A stretch of 61,867 nucleotides of DNA, filler included, from Choristocarpus tenellus KU-1152 (lineage: Eukaryota > Protista > Phaeophyceae): NCBI GenBank assembly GCA_964200185.2. It is 9 parts of 9 records of this genome, joined end to end, with 100 filler letters (N's around TTAATTAATTAA, not from the genome) between each part and the next. Parts side by side here need not be neighbours in the genome. Positions count along the whole stretch, not along the records: positions 38,870 to 48,199 come from CAXNAD020003773.1; positions 48,300 to 51,024 come from CAXNAD020025288.1; positions 51,125 to 54,638 come from CAXNAD020019523.1; 6 more parts are not named here. One strand, given 5' to 3'. Numbering within the stretch: position 1 is the stretch's first letter; every line of letters begins with the position of its first letter. The notes under the pieces are model-generated. The model was not told the origin of the DNA. It saw nothing but the letters and a program-made list of their open reading frames with translations, and did not search any database. A program made the translations under genes and the position numbers. Shown here piece by piece: positions 39,335 through 52,481 of this stretch.

Positions 39335-40400
39335 TCAGCCCACATATAGCATCCTGCAACAACAGTCCACCCACATGCCAGTGCCGCTCACCTCCACGGA
39401 ATGATACACAGCCGGTACAAGCCTCAGCCGAGTGTACCCTGCCCTTTCACCCTCACCAATACTGCCCCCGGTACTACGCTTGCAGCTGCGCAGGACAGCC
39501 CTATTGTCTGTGGCCCGGGAGACACACTTCCCTTCCCCTTTCAACCCCCACTCTCCAGCAACCAGAAGACCTTCCTTTGCCTCAAAGGTCCACTCCACGA
39601 GGTTCTTCCCGAAGAGGCGTTGGCGGCTCCCAGTTGCCGGTATCTGGCTGTGCCCATCCCGACTCCAAAAGGGCTTTTGTACCACCCTCAGGAGGTTCTC
39701 CTTCGGGCTTTGCAGCTTCCACCCCTCCTCTACGGTCTTCCCCAGCGACTGGAGAAGAACCTTGCCCTCAGTAACCCCCTCAGTCCCTGTATCAAGGTGC
39801 CTCACACCAAAAACTGGCGGCGCCCTGAATCCTGGAACTGACTGCCCACGGCATGACTCAAAGTACCCTCCTAATGAGTTGGTATCGGGCATGTGGTGTA
39901 AGGAGCAGCGCACGGGTGACACATGTTGGAAGAGGAACCATGGCACACGCAGACATAGGACATGCTGGGGATAATGGATCTGGGAGGGCTACGCTCCGGA
40001 GATGACCTACATCGTCTGAGATCTATCCATTTGCAATCTGACAGGCACCATAAACCACACCCTGTGCCCTAGCGGACCTCACTCTGCCAGTTCTACCAGA
40101 TGGTGAGCATTGTCGGGTGTTAGCGCTGAGAAGTCCTACCAGGTAGTATTGAAACGAAAATAATGGGGGAGGAATATCAAATCAATCCACTCCAGGTACC
40201 AAAAAACCCACCGGGTCCAAGGCAAACCCCAGGTTCACCAACAACCTCAAGCCAAATAGCATCACCATCCTGAGCATCCACGAGGTCGATAATGAGCAAT
40301 GTGGTCGGAGCAGCAGCGAACCCAAGCTGGCAGAGCAGCAGGATTGTGGTGTAGAATAGAGCCTTAAGTGGCCAGTGCCCCATGATAACGCAGGAGGAAG
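39335..40400 (-). mobile_element. Degenerate retroelement RT-RNase H, possibly DIRS/Ngaro type
   Basis: Ordered remnants on the minus strand: LKALFY (DLKDAFY-like), MLFGL (MPFGL-like), frameshifted YYL.DF (YLDDF-like), then GKCV..ATDNRAV (RNase H 'DN..V'). Many lesions. Confidence 0.4.
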
Positions 40401-41369
40401 AAGAGGATCTGAGTCCCCACATACATGTATCTACCGTGCATTATTTTGTTGGAGGCCATGGGGGGAACAGAAAGGATAGAGGGTAAGGCAGGTCATGTAT
40501 CCACCGCACAGATCCCTAGCAAAAGACATCATGATGATACCAAAACCCTACTAGTTTTCCCCACGGCCATCCAAGCCTCGATAAGGCGCACCTCCTATCT
40601 CCTTGCACTGAGGAAGACTCGAGACGGACGATCAATCAGATTGGGAGGAGAGACATCCTTTCTCACTTGGGACCGACCTAGATTTTGAATCTCTACCGTT
40701 TAGGCTTTTATTATACAACAGCCAACTCGTAGTATTTGATGGGTTTATGTGGGCCGCGGAGAACAAACACATCAGCTACTCTTATATTCAAATCTGGTCT
40801 TCTAACGTGACTCTCAGAAAATACCCAGAAGATGTGCACCTTGTGGAAAGGGGTGCCCTTACACAATGTTACATAGGTCATGTTAAAAAAAATTGCCTCG
40901 AGAACGTTCGTCCAGTTTGTGTTTCCTATTGCAGTTTTGAATCAAGAGATAACTAGGACTCCAGCCACGATTCTTTCGTGTAGCCTCGTGCGCCGACAGT
41001 TCAATCAATTTCGCCGGAATATTTTTCTACTGTATGATATGAAAATCATAGTACTGAATAGAATTCTTTTTGGTTCACAACCAAAAGAATTCCACAATAA
41101 CCCTAGCCCTAGCTAACCCCGAACCATTTTTTGACGTTTTGGGGCACGTTTAAACTATTCCTGGATGCATTTTTGGATGCACTGTTGAACATTCTTGAAC
41201 CGTTTTTTGTCAACGGTTCGGGTTAGGGTTAGGGCGAATTTCAACCCTAACCCCAACACAAAGCGACCAAAGAAATGAAAAAAGTGTGGCGACCGGAAGG
41301 ACCTTGTCCTTCAAGACAGGGTTCGATTAAGTAAGTGGGTTGGATTCCCCAAAACACTGCGGTCCTTCA

Positions 41370-41900
41370 TCACTGACAATGGAGATGAACCGACGAATTG
41401 ATCTTCTCCTAAAATCCAAAGATGGATCATGTCGAGTCGATATTTCTGTGTCGAGTCGCTGAAACTACAAACGAGCCTACGAATAAGGTTCTCGCCATCG
41501 TGAAATGCAAGGTCGTGATCCTGGGGCTCTCTTCTTTCTCCAAACCCCCATGCACCACCCTCGATATGCCCCGATTTCATCCTTCTCTCGCAGTGCTTAC
41601 CCTCGAACAATAGAAGACACCATGCAGAATGTGGTGGGGCGAACAAACCATATTGGGGGAGGCTTCGAATTTCACATCGATTGTTGGTTGAATGCATCCC
41701 ATAGTTCCCAGCCTGCATTGTGGAGTGACGACAATGAGCGCATGGTTCCTAAGCTAACCGCTCTCAGCTCTTTGTCTGCTACAATCCCAGTCTCTGTTAT
41801 TTCTATGACCGTAACTATGTACAGGATGTTGAACCCCTCGTATCAATTCCCCCGACATCGATACCTCGATGGGACGACTGTGGCGTTGCATTAACCAGAC
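41370..41900 (+). mobile_element. Possible degenerate pogo/DDE_1-type transposase
   Basis: NGDEPT (N.DET-like) and later WLNASHSS...IPVSV remnants; weak. Confidence 0.25.
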
Positions 41901-44278
41901 AGAATCGGAGGAGGAGCCAAACACTGGGCGGTGCGTCTAAGGACCACCGTCAAGCCTTGTGGGGCAGTAGTCGGCATTCCAAAATCGTCTGCCTAACCTA
42001 TCGATCGACGGACAAAACCTTTTTTGGATACGCTTCATGTGACCGATTGCTAAACCACCTTTCGACAGCTCACTCTGGTTGCTTGGAAGAAAGCGTTTTC
42101 TTCGCAAGCAGTGGCCTCTTGACAACAGCAGACTGTAGACGTTTCTCGAGTGACAAGTGCGTTGAGGGATGCGGTTGTGTCTATTTGTGGTGGTTGAGCA
42201 AGATGTGACATGTTAAAACATAGGCTACTCATTTGTTTCTTATTGATATGAAACTGCCATCTCGTACACACTGTTGATTGGTCCACTGCACTGGTTGTTA
42301 TTGTCCATTTGTTTATTGTGCATCCCAACTCATCGTCACATCCATAATAATAGTAGATAGAAAGTATGGCATCAGTTGATACACATCACAGACAGGAACA
42401 TCATAGCAAACGTCACCCAAGTTACTTCGGATCTTGTTCCAAGCGCGTTCCTCTTTTACCTTCTGTTTTTTCTTTGTTGTTGTCTGTCATCTCTTGTCTT
42501 CTATCAGGAGAAGACCCCAGATGCAAGTTCATTGTTAGTTACTATTTTTTCATTGGTTGTCATTGCCCCCTCTGAGTGCATCAAGCTCACTCTGCGATGA
42601 GTGCACCTGACGCACGCCTCGATGTAATATAATCAGAGTTAAAAACATCTACGGAAACCCTTGCCAGCCAAGGTAACAAGCCTCTCCACATACCATGGAC
42701 TTCTTTCGTTGAGTCTGTATCTCATGAAAGAACACTGAATTCACATCACATCATTTACTGAGAGATCAATGACTTCAGTTGCAACAGAGTGAATACATCA
42801 GTGCTATACTGCACAATCACATCTGCTCACAACACAGACTACGCATATTACTCATCAGTGCCTCACAACACCATGATTCCTCTTCATTCGTAGTCTACGC
42901 ATTTCACTTACATGCACAATGCATTCGATTCAGGTTTCAACATGACACTCCAAAACACTTTGCAATTTGTGACTGACACACACTATCTCTCACTTTGTTT
43001 TTTAGACCTCAATTATTTTCTTCGTGTGTGGAATTATGCGGAACTTACCTACATCTATATACACAATCAATGCCATACGCGACTTGGAAAAATCTTATAC
43101 TTCAAAAAAAAATTCAATGAATTCGGAATTGTTGCCCACCGTATGTGTAGTATTACATACATTGGAGAAATCCAATTTGACTTGTGATGTACAAAATCAA
43201 TTTCGGAGAAATCAATGGTCATTCCTGACATAAATAGACAAATATGAGTTATGTACCTTGTAAAATCTGTTTCCTCACAAAAAAAGTCGAAGATTCAGTC
43301 AGGAGTTTACTCTTTCATTTGTAGATCCCAATCGTTTGTTCCCAAAAATATTTTTGAGATGTGTCTGGGACGAATCTTCGGACAACTGGTGCGATGTTGA
43401 CAAATCAACATGGTGTGATTTGTACGAATTGTGCTCATTGGAGACGGATTCAACTCAAAACTCTTTTTCGTACAACAGAAGCATTAATTGTACATATTTT
43501 GGAGATAGGTAAGCGGTACGGGCATACCTTTCTGCACGAATCGTTGGTGGGGGAGTGGTACGAGAAGTGTTCGTTGTTGACATTTTGGAGAGGATGAGCA
43601 CCAATATTCGTATATCTTCTCCCATATGGAGTGGTATCATATCCCAGCACTGAGAACGGATATTCCAGTAAAATTTGTCAACACAGAGTTCAATACTTGA
43701 AGACGACCCCCCAACAGGTATCGAACTTGGGGACATGCACACTCTAGATGTCACCCATTAAACTACTACTGGGGCTTTCACAGCGTGCCCATTTAGAAAA
43801 GGGATAATACTCTGTCTATATTATCATCGAAGAAGGAAACCGAGTACTGTACGTAGTTTATCAGTAGTAGTAGTAACCCAAGAGTTGTCACAATATGCAC
43901 AAGGGTTAGTCGCAAGTCACAAGAAAGAAGGTAAGTTTTGTGTGCAATTGTTCTTTCCGATTAGATTGCAAGGTGAGATATGTATATGAGATGAGCTATA
44001 GGGACACATCAGCAATATTACAATCATCCCTCGACAAATAGGTACGAACCATTTATACATGTTGACAAAATGGTGAATCATGTATACAACAAAATCATGT
44101 GTGTACACGTCAACCAAAATGGTTAAATCGACGAATCAGGATTTGTTCATCATTCGCAACAACACTGAGTTGAGTTGTACTCAGTACAGCATTTGTTGTA
44201 CAAGATTCTTGTGTAGAAATGATTGGTATACATTTTCTTCCTTAGGGTATATTTGCTGACATGTCAATCATTTTTATT

Positions 44279-44539
44279 GACCCAAAGTATCTTAGAGGGT
44301 AGGGCCTCGTCCATTTGGGGGCCAAAATCCAATGTTGCGATTTTGATGTAATTTTGGCTATCGTGTTTGTTGGGAAGTGTCAATATCCTTGTTCCGGTCA
44401 CACCTTTTCATGACGTATACACACTTTACCTACTCCGAAATATTTTGGAGTAGGAAAATATAATAAAAATACGCCATGGGAAGTAAACCCCAAAATGGAC
44501 AACAGGGTAAAACTCGTAGCCTCTAAGATATTTTCACTC
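44279..44539 (+). mobile_element. MITE family B copy
   Basis: GACCCAAAGTATCTTAGAGGG...CTCTAAGATATTTTCACTC; flanked by ATT/ATT. Confidence 0.88.
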
Positions 44540-44559
44540 ATTGGTTTTCCTCCTGACAC

Positions 44560-46740
44560 ACCCGCAATCTTTTTTTCCCCCTGGATGAAGGAGGGATGAA
44601 GATCCTGCCATCAAGATCTGGGGCACAACAGGGAGAGATCCACTTGGTCCCCTCTTATATTGCACGGCACACACAAGGCCCTTCAACAGGTCCAATCTTT
44701 TTTTGGACCCCAAGGGATTTCCTCCCGAAGCTACCTGGACGACACATTCATATCAGCAAGGGAGATAGGCCCTAACACCATAGCTGCTTTCGAGTATTTA
44801 AAAACTGACTGACCTCTATGAGGTAAGGCATTGACCCAAATATGGACAAGACGTTTGCTGCACCTCCCCAAGGCCACCGGCCCATACCCTCGGAACTGGA
44901 GCTCCTCTCTACAGCGGGAATCAACCTAACCCAGAACCCCAATGGTTTTGTCATATTAGGGGCTCCTGTGGGAACAGATGGCTTTATCCAAGCCCATATG
45001 GCTGAGGTGATCGAGAGCTCTGACACACGAACTTTGGCCACACACCTCAGCGAGATGGAGGACAAACAGGTGGCCTGGCTCCTCAACTCCTGGTCCCTCT
45101 CCTCCCGTCCAGGCTATCTTGCGAGCGTCACTTCCCCCCTCCTGGCACGCTCCGCCATGGACCAAGCAGACAACACTTCAGTATGGTCACTAGAGAGGAT
45201 AATGGAGGTGGAAGATTCAACAGAGGCGACAGATTTCTTGAGGGTGGGTGCAACAATGGGTCTTTCCGCCTAGAGACCCACCAACAAGTACAGGCACAGA
45301 TGCCCATAAGTGCGGGGGGCTTGGGTCTCTCCTCTATGAAACACCACCAACATGCAGCTTTCGTAGGATCACTGTTGGCTACTCTCCCCACCCTCCTGGT
45401 AAGGCAGCAAGGGCTTCATGGCGAGTCCTTCTCGCAAGCTGTCTGAACGAGTCCCACCGTACAGGCTTTAGGATTGTCCATTCACTCCCTCCTTTCCACA
45501 GGTGTCCCCTCAGAAGACCTTGGAGAGATCATTGACCAAGACTGGGTAACCTGGGGGGGAACAACACCCCCTACACCTGCCCCAGAGGTATATATCCTGG
45601 CAGCTCATGGCGCAAGGACCACAAGGAGGCCTCAACATGGGATCAAACACCTCCTGAACAGGATCCTTTTTTACTCCTTCAGGACACAATTGGCCGACCT
45701 ACCAAGCGAAACCCACCAAGGGATGGAAGGCTCCTCATTGGCCCTAGCTCGCCACTAGAGCCAGTGTGGACAAGGGACAAACGCATGGGCCTTGACATAA
45801 CCTCTGGAACCAGCATACCAGACCCCCCCTATAGAATTTAAGCTCACAACCAGCAGATCCCTAGGGAGGGAAGAGGCCCTCTCCAACAGGTGTCCAGTGG
45901 CAGAGTGCAGGAGGCAAAATGTCGATACCAGACATGCCCGTACCTGCCCCAGGGCAGGAGGATAGGCCCGACAGCACAATCCAATGGTGAAGCGCCTAAG
46001 CCAACTATGCAAGAGGATGGGCATCCCTTGCACTATGGAGGACGGTAGCCCCTTCACAGTTGACAGTAATCTCCGCATGGATCTAGTTTTCCATGCAGGG
46101 GCACTAGCGGACGCCCGAAAACAGCTTCCTAAAGGGACAAAGGCCTTCTCCTAGATGTCACATTCGCAGAGGTACAGACAACCTCCCGCCTCACACACTC
46201 ATCCACCAGCAATGGTGTAGCTGCTGCTGCAGCCGAGGTGCGAAAGCGCACCCACTACAAGGGCTCCTTTGGTTCTCGTAGTTATAACCTCAACACCTTC
46301 GTGGTGGAAAGTTTTGGGAGCCTCGGCAAGCAAGCGGAATGTTTCCTGAATGGGCTGACTACTCACATGGTAGGGGAGAGAGGACCGGGACGATATAGCA
46401 GGAAAGGAGTAGTCAAATCCCGGCTACGCCAAATGGTCTCGGTAACTACGCAAGTGGCACTGTCTAGACGTGTCATTCGTTTCAAGCTGGAGTAACCAGG
46501 GGGATGGGCACGGAGGGGTTTATTGGATTCTTGGGATGCCTCCCTAGCTCCTCCCCCCGGGGTACAGATATAGGTAGATTAGAGACACTGGAAGGCAGTA
46601 GTACAACATAGATAGTGGTGAAGTAACAAATAGATTAGTGCCTTTCGCATTTATGACATTTTATTTCTTTAGGACTTACACTGACGTGTATAGTTTTCAT
46701 TTGTTTCCCCCCTGACACATCTCTAAAATGTCAGAGGATA
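44560..46740 (+). mobile_element. 5'-truncated, degenerate non-LTR retrotransposon with RT, zinc knuckle and restriction-like endonuclease (CRE-like)
   Basis: GAQQG/DPLGPLLYC, SYLDD, ILGAPVG, MPISAGGLGL, CPVAEC..HARTC...QHN, RMDLVF..LLDVTF, E.RKRTHY, FVVESFGSLG; ~170-bp 3' UTR; internal stops and frameshifts. Confidence 0.88.
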
Positions 46741-46822
46741 TTATAATTAAAAATGTGTAAAATTGGTACATATTCACCACTCTTTTGTCTTTCGTGTACC
46801 AAATATTTGTACATATTTCTTG

Positions 46823-47100
46823 TATACCGATTTGAGAAACGCAGATGAGGTCAATCTTGATTTGTCTCACTTGTCCGTAATATATACCGATTTGTGAAGT
46901 GCAGATGAGGTACATTTATGATTATTATTTTGTCATTTTGTAAATGTCCCAATGGAAAAAACTAATGAAAAATATTGACATGTCTGAAAAGTATCACTTG
47001 TCACAAATGCGAAAAACGTGAATCTATTTCCTATTTTACTATTTATCTATGTTGTACTTAGGTGTAGGGTAAATAATGATTCGTCTGACTTGTCCGTAAT
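46823..47100. repeat. 60-bp tandem duplication whose second unit is interrupted by a ~155-bp retrotransposon 3' remnant
   Basis: TATACCGATTTG..GCAGATGAGGT occurs at 46823 and 46883; the unit resumes at 47077; ATGATT is duplicated at 46918-46923 and 47076-47081. Confidence 0.6.
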
Positions 47101-47144
47101 TATTTTTGATAATAACGTACACTATCAACAGCAGTACTTTATGG

Positions 47145-47744
47145 TTATTATGCCCTCTTGACATTTTGGAGAGGTGTCAGGGGGGAAGCAAATGAAAACT
47201 ATACACGTCAGTGTAAGTCCTAAAGAAATATAATGTCATAAATGCGAAAGGCACTAATCTATTTGTTACTTCACTATCTATGTTGTACTACTGCCTTCCA
47301 GTGTCTCTAATCTACCTATATCTGTACCCCGGGGGGAAGAGCTAGAGAGGCATCCCAAGAATCCAATAAACCTCTCCATGCCCATCCCCCTGGTGACTCC
47401 AGCTTGAAGCACATGAGACGTCTAGACAGTGCCACCTGCGTAGTTACCGAGACCATTTGGCCTAGCCGGGATTTGAATACTCCTTTCTTGCTAAATCCTC
47501 CAGTTCCTCTTCCCCCCACCATGCGAGTAGCCAGCTCATTCAGGAAGCATTCCACTTGCTTGCCGAGGCTCCCAAAACTTTCCACCACGAAGTTGTTGAG
47601 GTTATAACTACGAGAACCAAAGGAGCCCTCGCAGTGGGTGCGCGTTCGTGCCTCGGCTGCAGCAGCAGCTACACCATTGCTGGTGGATGAGTGTGTGAGG
47701 TGGGAAATTGCCTGTACCTCTGCGAATGTGACATCTAGGAGAAG
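47145..47744 (-). mobile_element. 5'-truncated second copy of the CRE-like element (RLE region, 3' UTR and TAA tail)
   Basis: Reverse complement of 46145-46737; ORF 47316-47786 reads LLDVTFAEVQ...FVVESFGSLG...PPGVQI*. Confidence 0.9.
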
Positions 47745-48789
47745 TGTAACAGGCGAATAGCGTGAGCACTTCTTTCTGTGTGCCAAAATGCGCGAACAGT
47801 ATACATGCGTAAGAATTCATGTGAGAGGAACTTTGAATTGATAGAAGATACAGAGTAAGATTTGAAATGCATACATAATCTTACAGAATAGATGTCAATT
47901 CCTGAAAGTTGCAGAATAAAGATTTACGATTGAAGTATCTACATAGCAGTTTGCAGACTTCATTTAACTCTTTGGCAGTAGAAAAATAGTGAATGATGTT
48001 AATATTAAGCTTAGTCTGATGACCACACACTCAGTTCTTTGATTCTTACCTCTTTTGATAAAGCGAAAAGCGAGACATTGACTGAGCTAAGCATCAAGCT
48101 GACACCGTACGTGGTTATCATCTGTGGACCACCACATAGCGTTGTTTTAAGGTCGTTGGATTTGAGTTGCATATCCTGTGGAGGTGAGTTCTGAGGGGCN
48201 NNNNNNNNNNNNNNNNNNNNNNNNNNNNNNNNNNNNNNNNNNNTTAATTAATTAANNNNNNNNNNNNNNNNNNNNNNNNNNNNNNNNNNNNNNNNNNNNG
48301 GGGGGAAAACAAAAAAAAACATTGATACCTAAGAAAGAGTTAACAAGGAGCAACACTTTGACTTATAGAACATAATTTCGTGTTCTATACATCAGGCACT
48401 CCTTAGTTGACGGGGACAGTGTACTGATGGTCCTTTTGTTGGGTGCCACAATGGAACTGCAATTGGCGACTTGTGGTCCTTGAAAGGTCCTTTTCCTACC
48501 CAGTCCATTTTCCACTAGGAATCCGATGGTCACATCATGCATACTCACTTGCATTGTGTAAGTAATTTCTTAGGTATTATCTGTAACATTGTACTTTGTA
48601 GGTTATTTCCTTGGAACCTACCACCGTACCTGCACAGTTGTTGAGAACCATGTTGAATACTCTCATAGGTGTTAGCTGAATGGGAGATAAGTGCATAATG
48701 CAGCATGTTATACTTACTCTGTACCGTACTGAAGTAGTATTGATTGGTCTTCCCTAGATGTATCATACCTTGGGAAGTGAAGCCTGTAA

Positions 48790-49730
48790 GGGGCACATGG
48801 ATGGTGGCAAGTGCGCAGACTGGTTCGAGGTTGGACAGGGCCTTGGACAAGGGTGTGTGTGTTCTTGTTCCCATCCTCTTCAGTGCCTTCGCTGCAGTAC
48901 TTCTGGCCCTACCATCTCCAAGGATCTTGTCATCAAGAGGGGTCATAAACAATCTGAACAGAAATGGAGGAGCGATCTAGGGAGTCGTATAACACTTGAG
49001 CAGCTTTTATAGGGAATGCTTTATGCTGATGATGCAGGCACTGTCTCCAAGACCCAAGGAGGTTTGGGCAGGAGGATGGCAATGATCAACCGTAATGGCA
49101 CAAGGTCATTCAGTCTGAGTGTGCTGGCAGTAAAGGCAGAGACCATGTGTCTTCAGCCTCCTAATCAGGCTGCAGATATGATGCAGATCAAGGTGAACCT
49201 TCAAGCAGACTGACTAGTGTGTTTTCCTCGGGGGCATCATCAGTGACGAAACCGCTATCTACACTGAGATCAGTCAGAAGATTCAGAAAGCTTGGAGTTG
49301 TTATTGTAAATATAGCCAAACAAGAATCCAGTTGTATCGGTTGGTCTTAAGATCCGAATGCTTAAGCCGGAGGTGCTTGAAAATCTGTTGTCATAGACAT
49401 GGACACTCCACCAGGTCCATTATCTAAAGCTCCGCTCTAACCATCACAAAATTCCTGTACTACAAAAGTCCTCTTGTGAAGTCTAGGTGTGAGGGTATTA
49501 AGGCAACTGTGCGCAAGTGTCGAGATTCCTTAATTGCTGTTTCAGTTGCAAGTATGTGGGATGACCAACTTCCCAAGGTATTATTGATGTTCGGACATTT
49601 GCAGCCAGAAATCAGAGCCAAGGTAGAGAGGAGAAGAACTGGTGGATAACACTCCAAGACGACCTTGAGGAAGTCCAGGATTGTAGTGTTGTTGTTGGGT
49701 TGGAACACCAAGGGCATTGAGTCAAAGTAA
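48790..49730 (+). mobile_element. Degenerate RTE-type LINE reverse transcriptase
   Basis: DWFEVGQGLGQGCV..PILF, MLYADDAG, KAETMCL, FLGGIIS, LKIRMLKPEVLE, QLPKVLLMFGHL; frameshifted. Confidence 0.8.
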
Positions 49731-50724
49731 ACGAGAGGTACCCAGAATTGCATTTTAAAGATGCCAGGAAATACATGAAAAATTCCGCATTTTTTACAAA
49801 TAATGCGTGTAGAATATTTTCCGAATTGTATCGAAAAGTTTCAAAAAGCAAGGGAGAAATTAACCCTCTCAAGTCAAACTTAGCACTTAATCCTTCGAAA
49901 TGTGGGTGATCACAGTTACCTAAAATATATACGACTATGAAAGGCGTGTTTAGAGGAAGGACATTGTCACTTCCTGACAAACACGATAGCCAAAAATTAT
50001 TAAATCACAATATTGGATATATGATCCCGAACGAACACGACCCTTCCCTCTCAAATACCTTAGGTCAAGTAATTGCAGTTCATCCCTCTCTCTGGGTTTG
50101 TTTGTGTCTGCACATTCCAGCACCAACTCTGATTTTCCTGTACGTGTCAGTACTGGATGTATGTTAGTGTTTGTTCTTTTCTCTGTGAGGTTTTTGGAAT
50201 TAGAGTCCTATTCTAGTATTTAAGTTCAAAAATAAAACTATTCAATAGAAATCACAAATGTGAGTGACAGTATTTCTACGCAATTAGAAAAACGAAAGTA
50301 AACCCGAATATGAAACAAAAACTCACTTCCAAGATGTTGCTTCAATCCTCTGGTGATAAACTGGAGTCAGACCATAGCAGATAGATAGGTAGGGTGACCC
50401 TCTCTTGTTATAGGAGCAACATGTGTGTAGTAAGGAGGGTGGGTGCGATAAGACACACACCACAGTTCATATGTTGATAAGATTTCGACGCAACACACAG
50501 CTCCACTTCAATATAAGCTCTCTTGCGCACAAATACGCAAGGAGTCGTGTCACACTCCCTCCTCTCCTCCCTCGTCCGACGTGCACCCCCTGAGAGGATC
50601 CAGTTCTTCCCAGAGGGGCCTTTTTTTTTTCCCCGATAGGGGCCTTCACAATCTTTTGGATCCCTCTCACGTTCGTACCCGTGCAAAACCAAGTTATTCC
50701 TGTCTGTCCATTTATCTGTGTATT

Positions 50725-51024
50725 AAATTATTATGCCCCCTGACATTTTTCAGATGTGTCAGGGGGAAAACAAATTAAAACTATACGTATGTCAGTATAA
50801 GGTCCAAGAAATAAAATGTCATAAATGTGAAAACACTGTAAAACACTGCAGTAAGTGTGAAAACCACTCATCTGTCAGTTACTTCACCACTATCAATATT
50901 GTACTACTGCCTTCCTGTGCTTCCCATCTACCTACTCCTGCGCCCGGGGGGGGGGACTAGGGAGGTATCCCAAGAATCCAACAAACCTCTCCGTGCCCAT
51001 CTCCATGGTGACTCTAGTTTAAAG
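50725..51024 (-). mobile_element. 3'-end copy of the CRE-like element, truncated by the linker
   Basis: TTATTATGCCCCCTGACATTTT...ATCCCAAGAATCCAACAAACCTCTCCGTGCCCATC matches 47149-47405. Confidence 0.85.
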
Positions 51025-51124
51025 NNNNNNNNNNNNNNNNNNNNNNNNNNNNNNNNNNNNNNNNNNNNTTAATTAATTAANNNNNNNNNNNNNNNNNNNN
51101 NNNNNNNNNNNNNNNNNNNNNNNN

Positions 51125-52481
51125 GCGAGAGGCGCTGAAGTTCAGGAGGCGGTTCCGAGTCCCATATTTGTTTTTTTTGAAGATTCAGTAAAGGGGGTAC
51201 AATGGCAGGGGTGGCTTGGTTGTCGAACCGCAGATGCCACCAGACACCCTGGCATACCCGTGAAGCTGAAGGTGAGCATACCTGCCAGTAGAGTTTGTGT
51301 GTGAAAGGGCTACCTCGATAGGGCTCGTAGATTCAACCGTCCTTTGGTCTGACACTATTGGATGTGACTTGCCGCCTGCAGGTGCTATCGGTCCTCCAAA
51401 TCTTCGCAAGGGGAAACTGCTTTGATGATATCGAGCAAATTTACGGTATATCTGAGAGCACAGCACAAACCACGTTTCACCGTTCAGTAGGTGTTTTGAG
51501 TGTGACATGTACTGTAAGTGGATTTATTTACCAGAGGGCGAAGATTTGAGGGAGGTCATGCACACGTATGGAGCTGTGGGGTTTCCTGGTGCTGTGGGTT
51601 CCACTGATGTGACACATTTGCGGTGGGAGAGGGCACCCATTTGTGATGCTCCATATTACATCGGTAAGGAGGGATACGCGACAGTTGCCTATGAAGTGAC
51701 CATTGACCACATACTGGATTTGCACGGGGAGAGACGGCTGGGTTTCCTGGAGCCAAAACGATAAGACAATCATTCGATATGATAGTGCTATCCAGAAACT
51801 TAGGAATATCCCCACATACAGACAGCTGGAGCATAACATCAAGGACTCCGCCGGGAACTGTTTCACTGAGAAAGGGACCTATGTCCTTGTCGATGGGGGC
51901 TACCGCAAGGTGACAGGAAAAATGTGACTGTACGGTCATGCCTATGTTAGGGTTAGCTCCTGTGAAAATGAGTGCTCATCAAAAACTAGCAAGTCAACAT
52001 TCCTTTGCCCAACCCGATCTTTGCATTTGCAGTGGAAGTGCACAATATGCCCCCTGAGGGCATCTGTCATACGGGCACAGGCAAGATGGAGCGCATGAGT
52101 GGAGAGTATATGCAAGGATTTAGAGTGCTTTTTTGGCAGAGTCAAGGGCCGCTTCAGAATCCTCAAGCTGCCACTACTATATTCGGAAAGAAGATAGATA
52201 ACGTATTGCTGCATATTGCAAAATATGCTTCATTCATATGATGGCCTTGGAGAGTTGGAGGGCAACACTGATTGGACAGGGGGGATGTTGGTCTGCTTGA
52301 TGCCTTCTACAGTGACCCTTACACTGATTTCACACGGATGGGTATGCCAAGGGACCAGGGGGGAGGGGGGTCTGAAGAGTATGTGGATAGGGAGATGGGA
52401 TCTGATGAGCTAAGGAAGAGGCTCATAGCACACTATAAGTACAAGGAAGAAAACGGAGAGGTTGTTTGGATGAGGTCCTGA
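51125..52481 (+). mobile_element. PIF/Harbinger DDE transposase pseudogene with two introns
   Basis: FRRRFRVP, GFPGAVGSTDVTH, NDKTIIRYD, VDGGYRK/W, KDLECFFGRVKGRFRILK, LQNMLH. Introns 51272-51381 and 51910-52032 are GT-AG. Frameshifts and stops present. Confidence 0.85.

Noticed and set aside
39401-39974. Long plus-strand ORFs as a novel gene
   Set aside because: Better explained as the antisense of a GC-rich retroelement relic.
43322-43790. Possible exon or ORF cluster
   Set aside because: No homology recognised and no long open frame.
46823-46915. CRISPR-like repeat
   Set aside because: Two divergent units with no unique spacers and no cas genes, in a eukaryotic context.
51125-52481. Harbinger transposase as the mobiliser of MITE A/B
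   Set aside because: The MITE target duplications are not TWA, and no shared TIR is visible.
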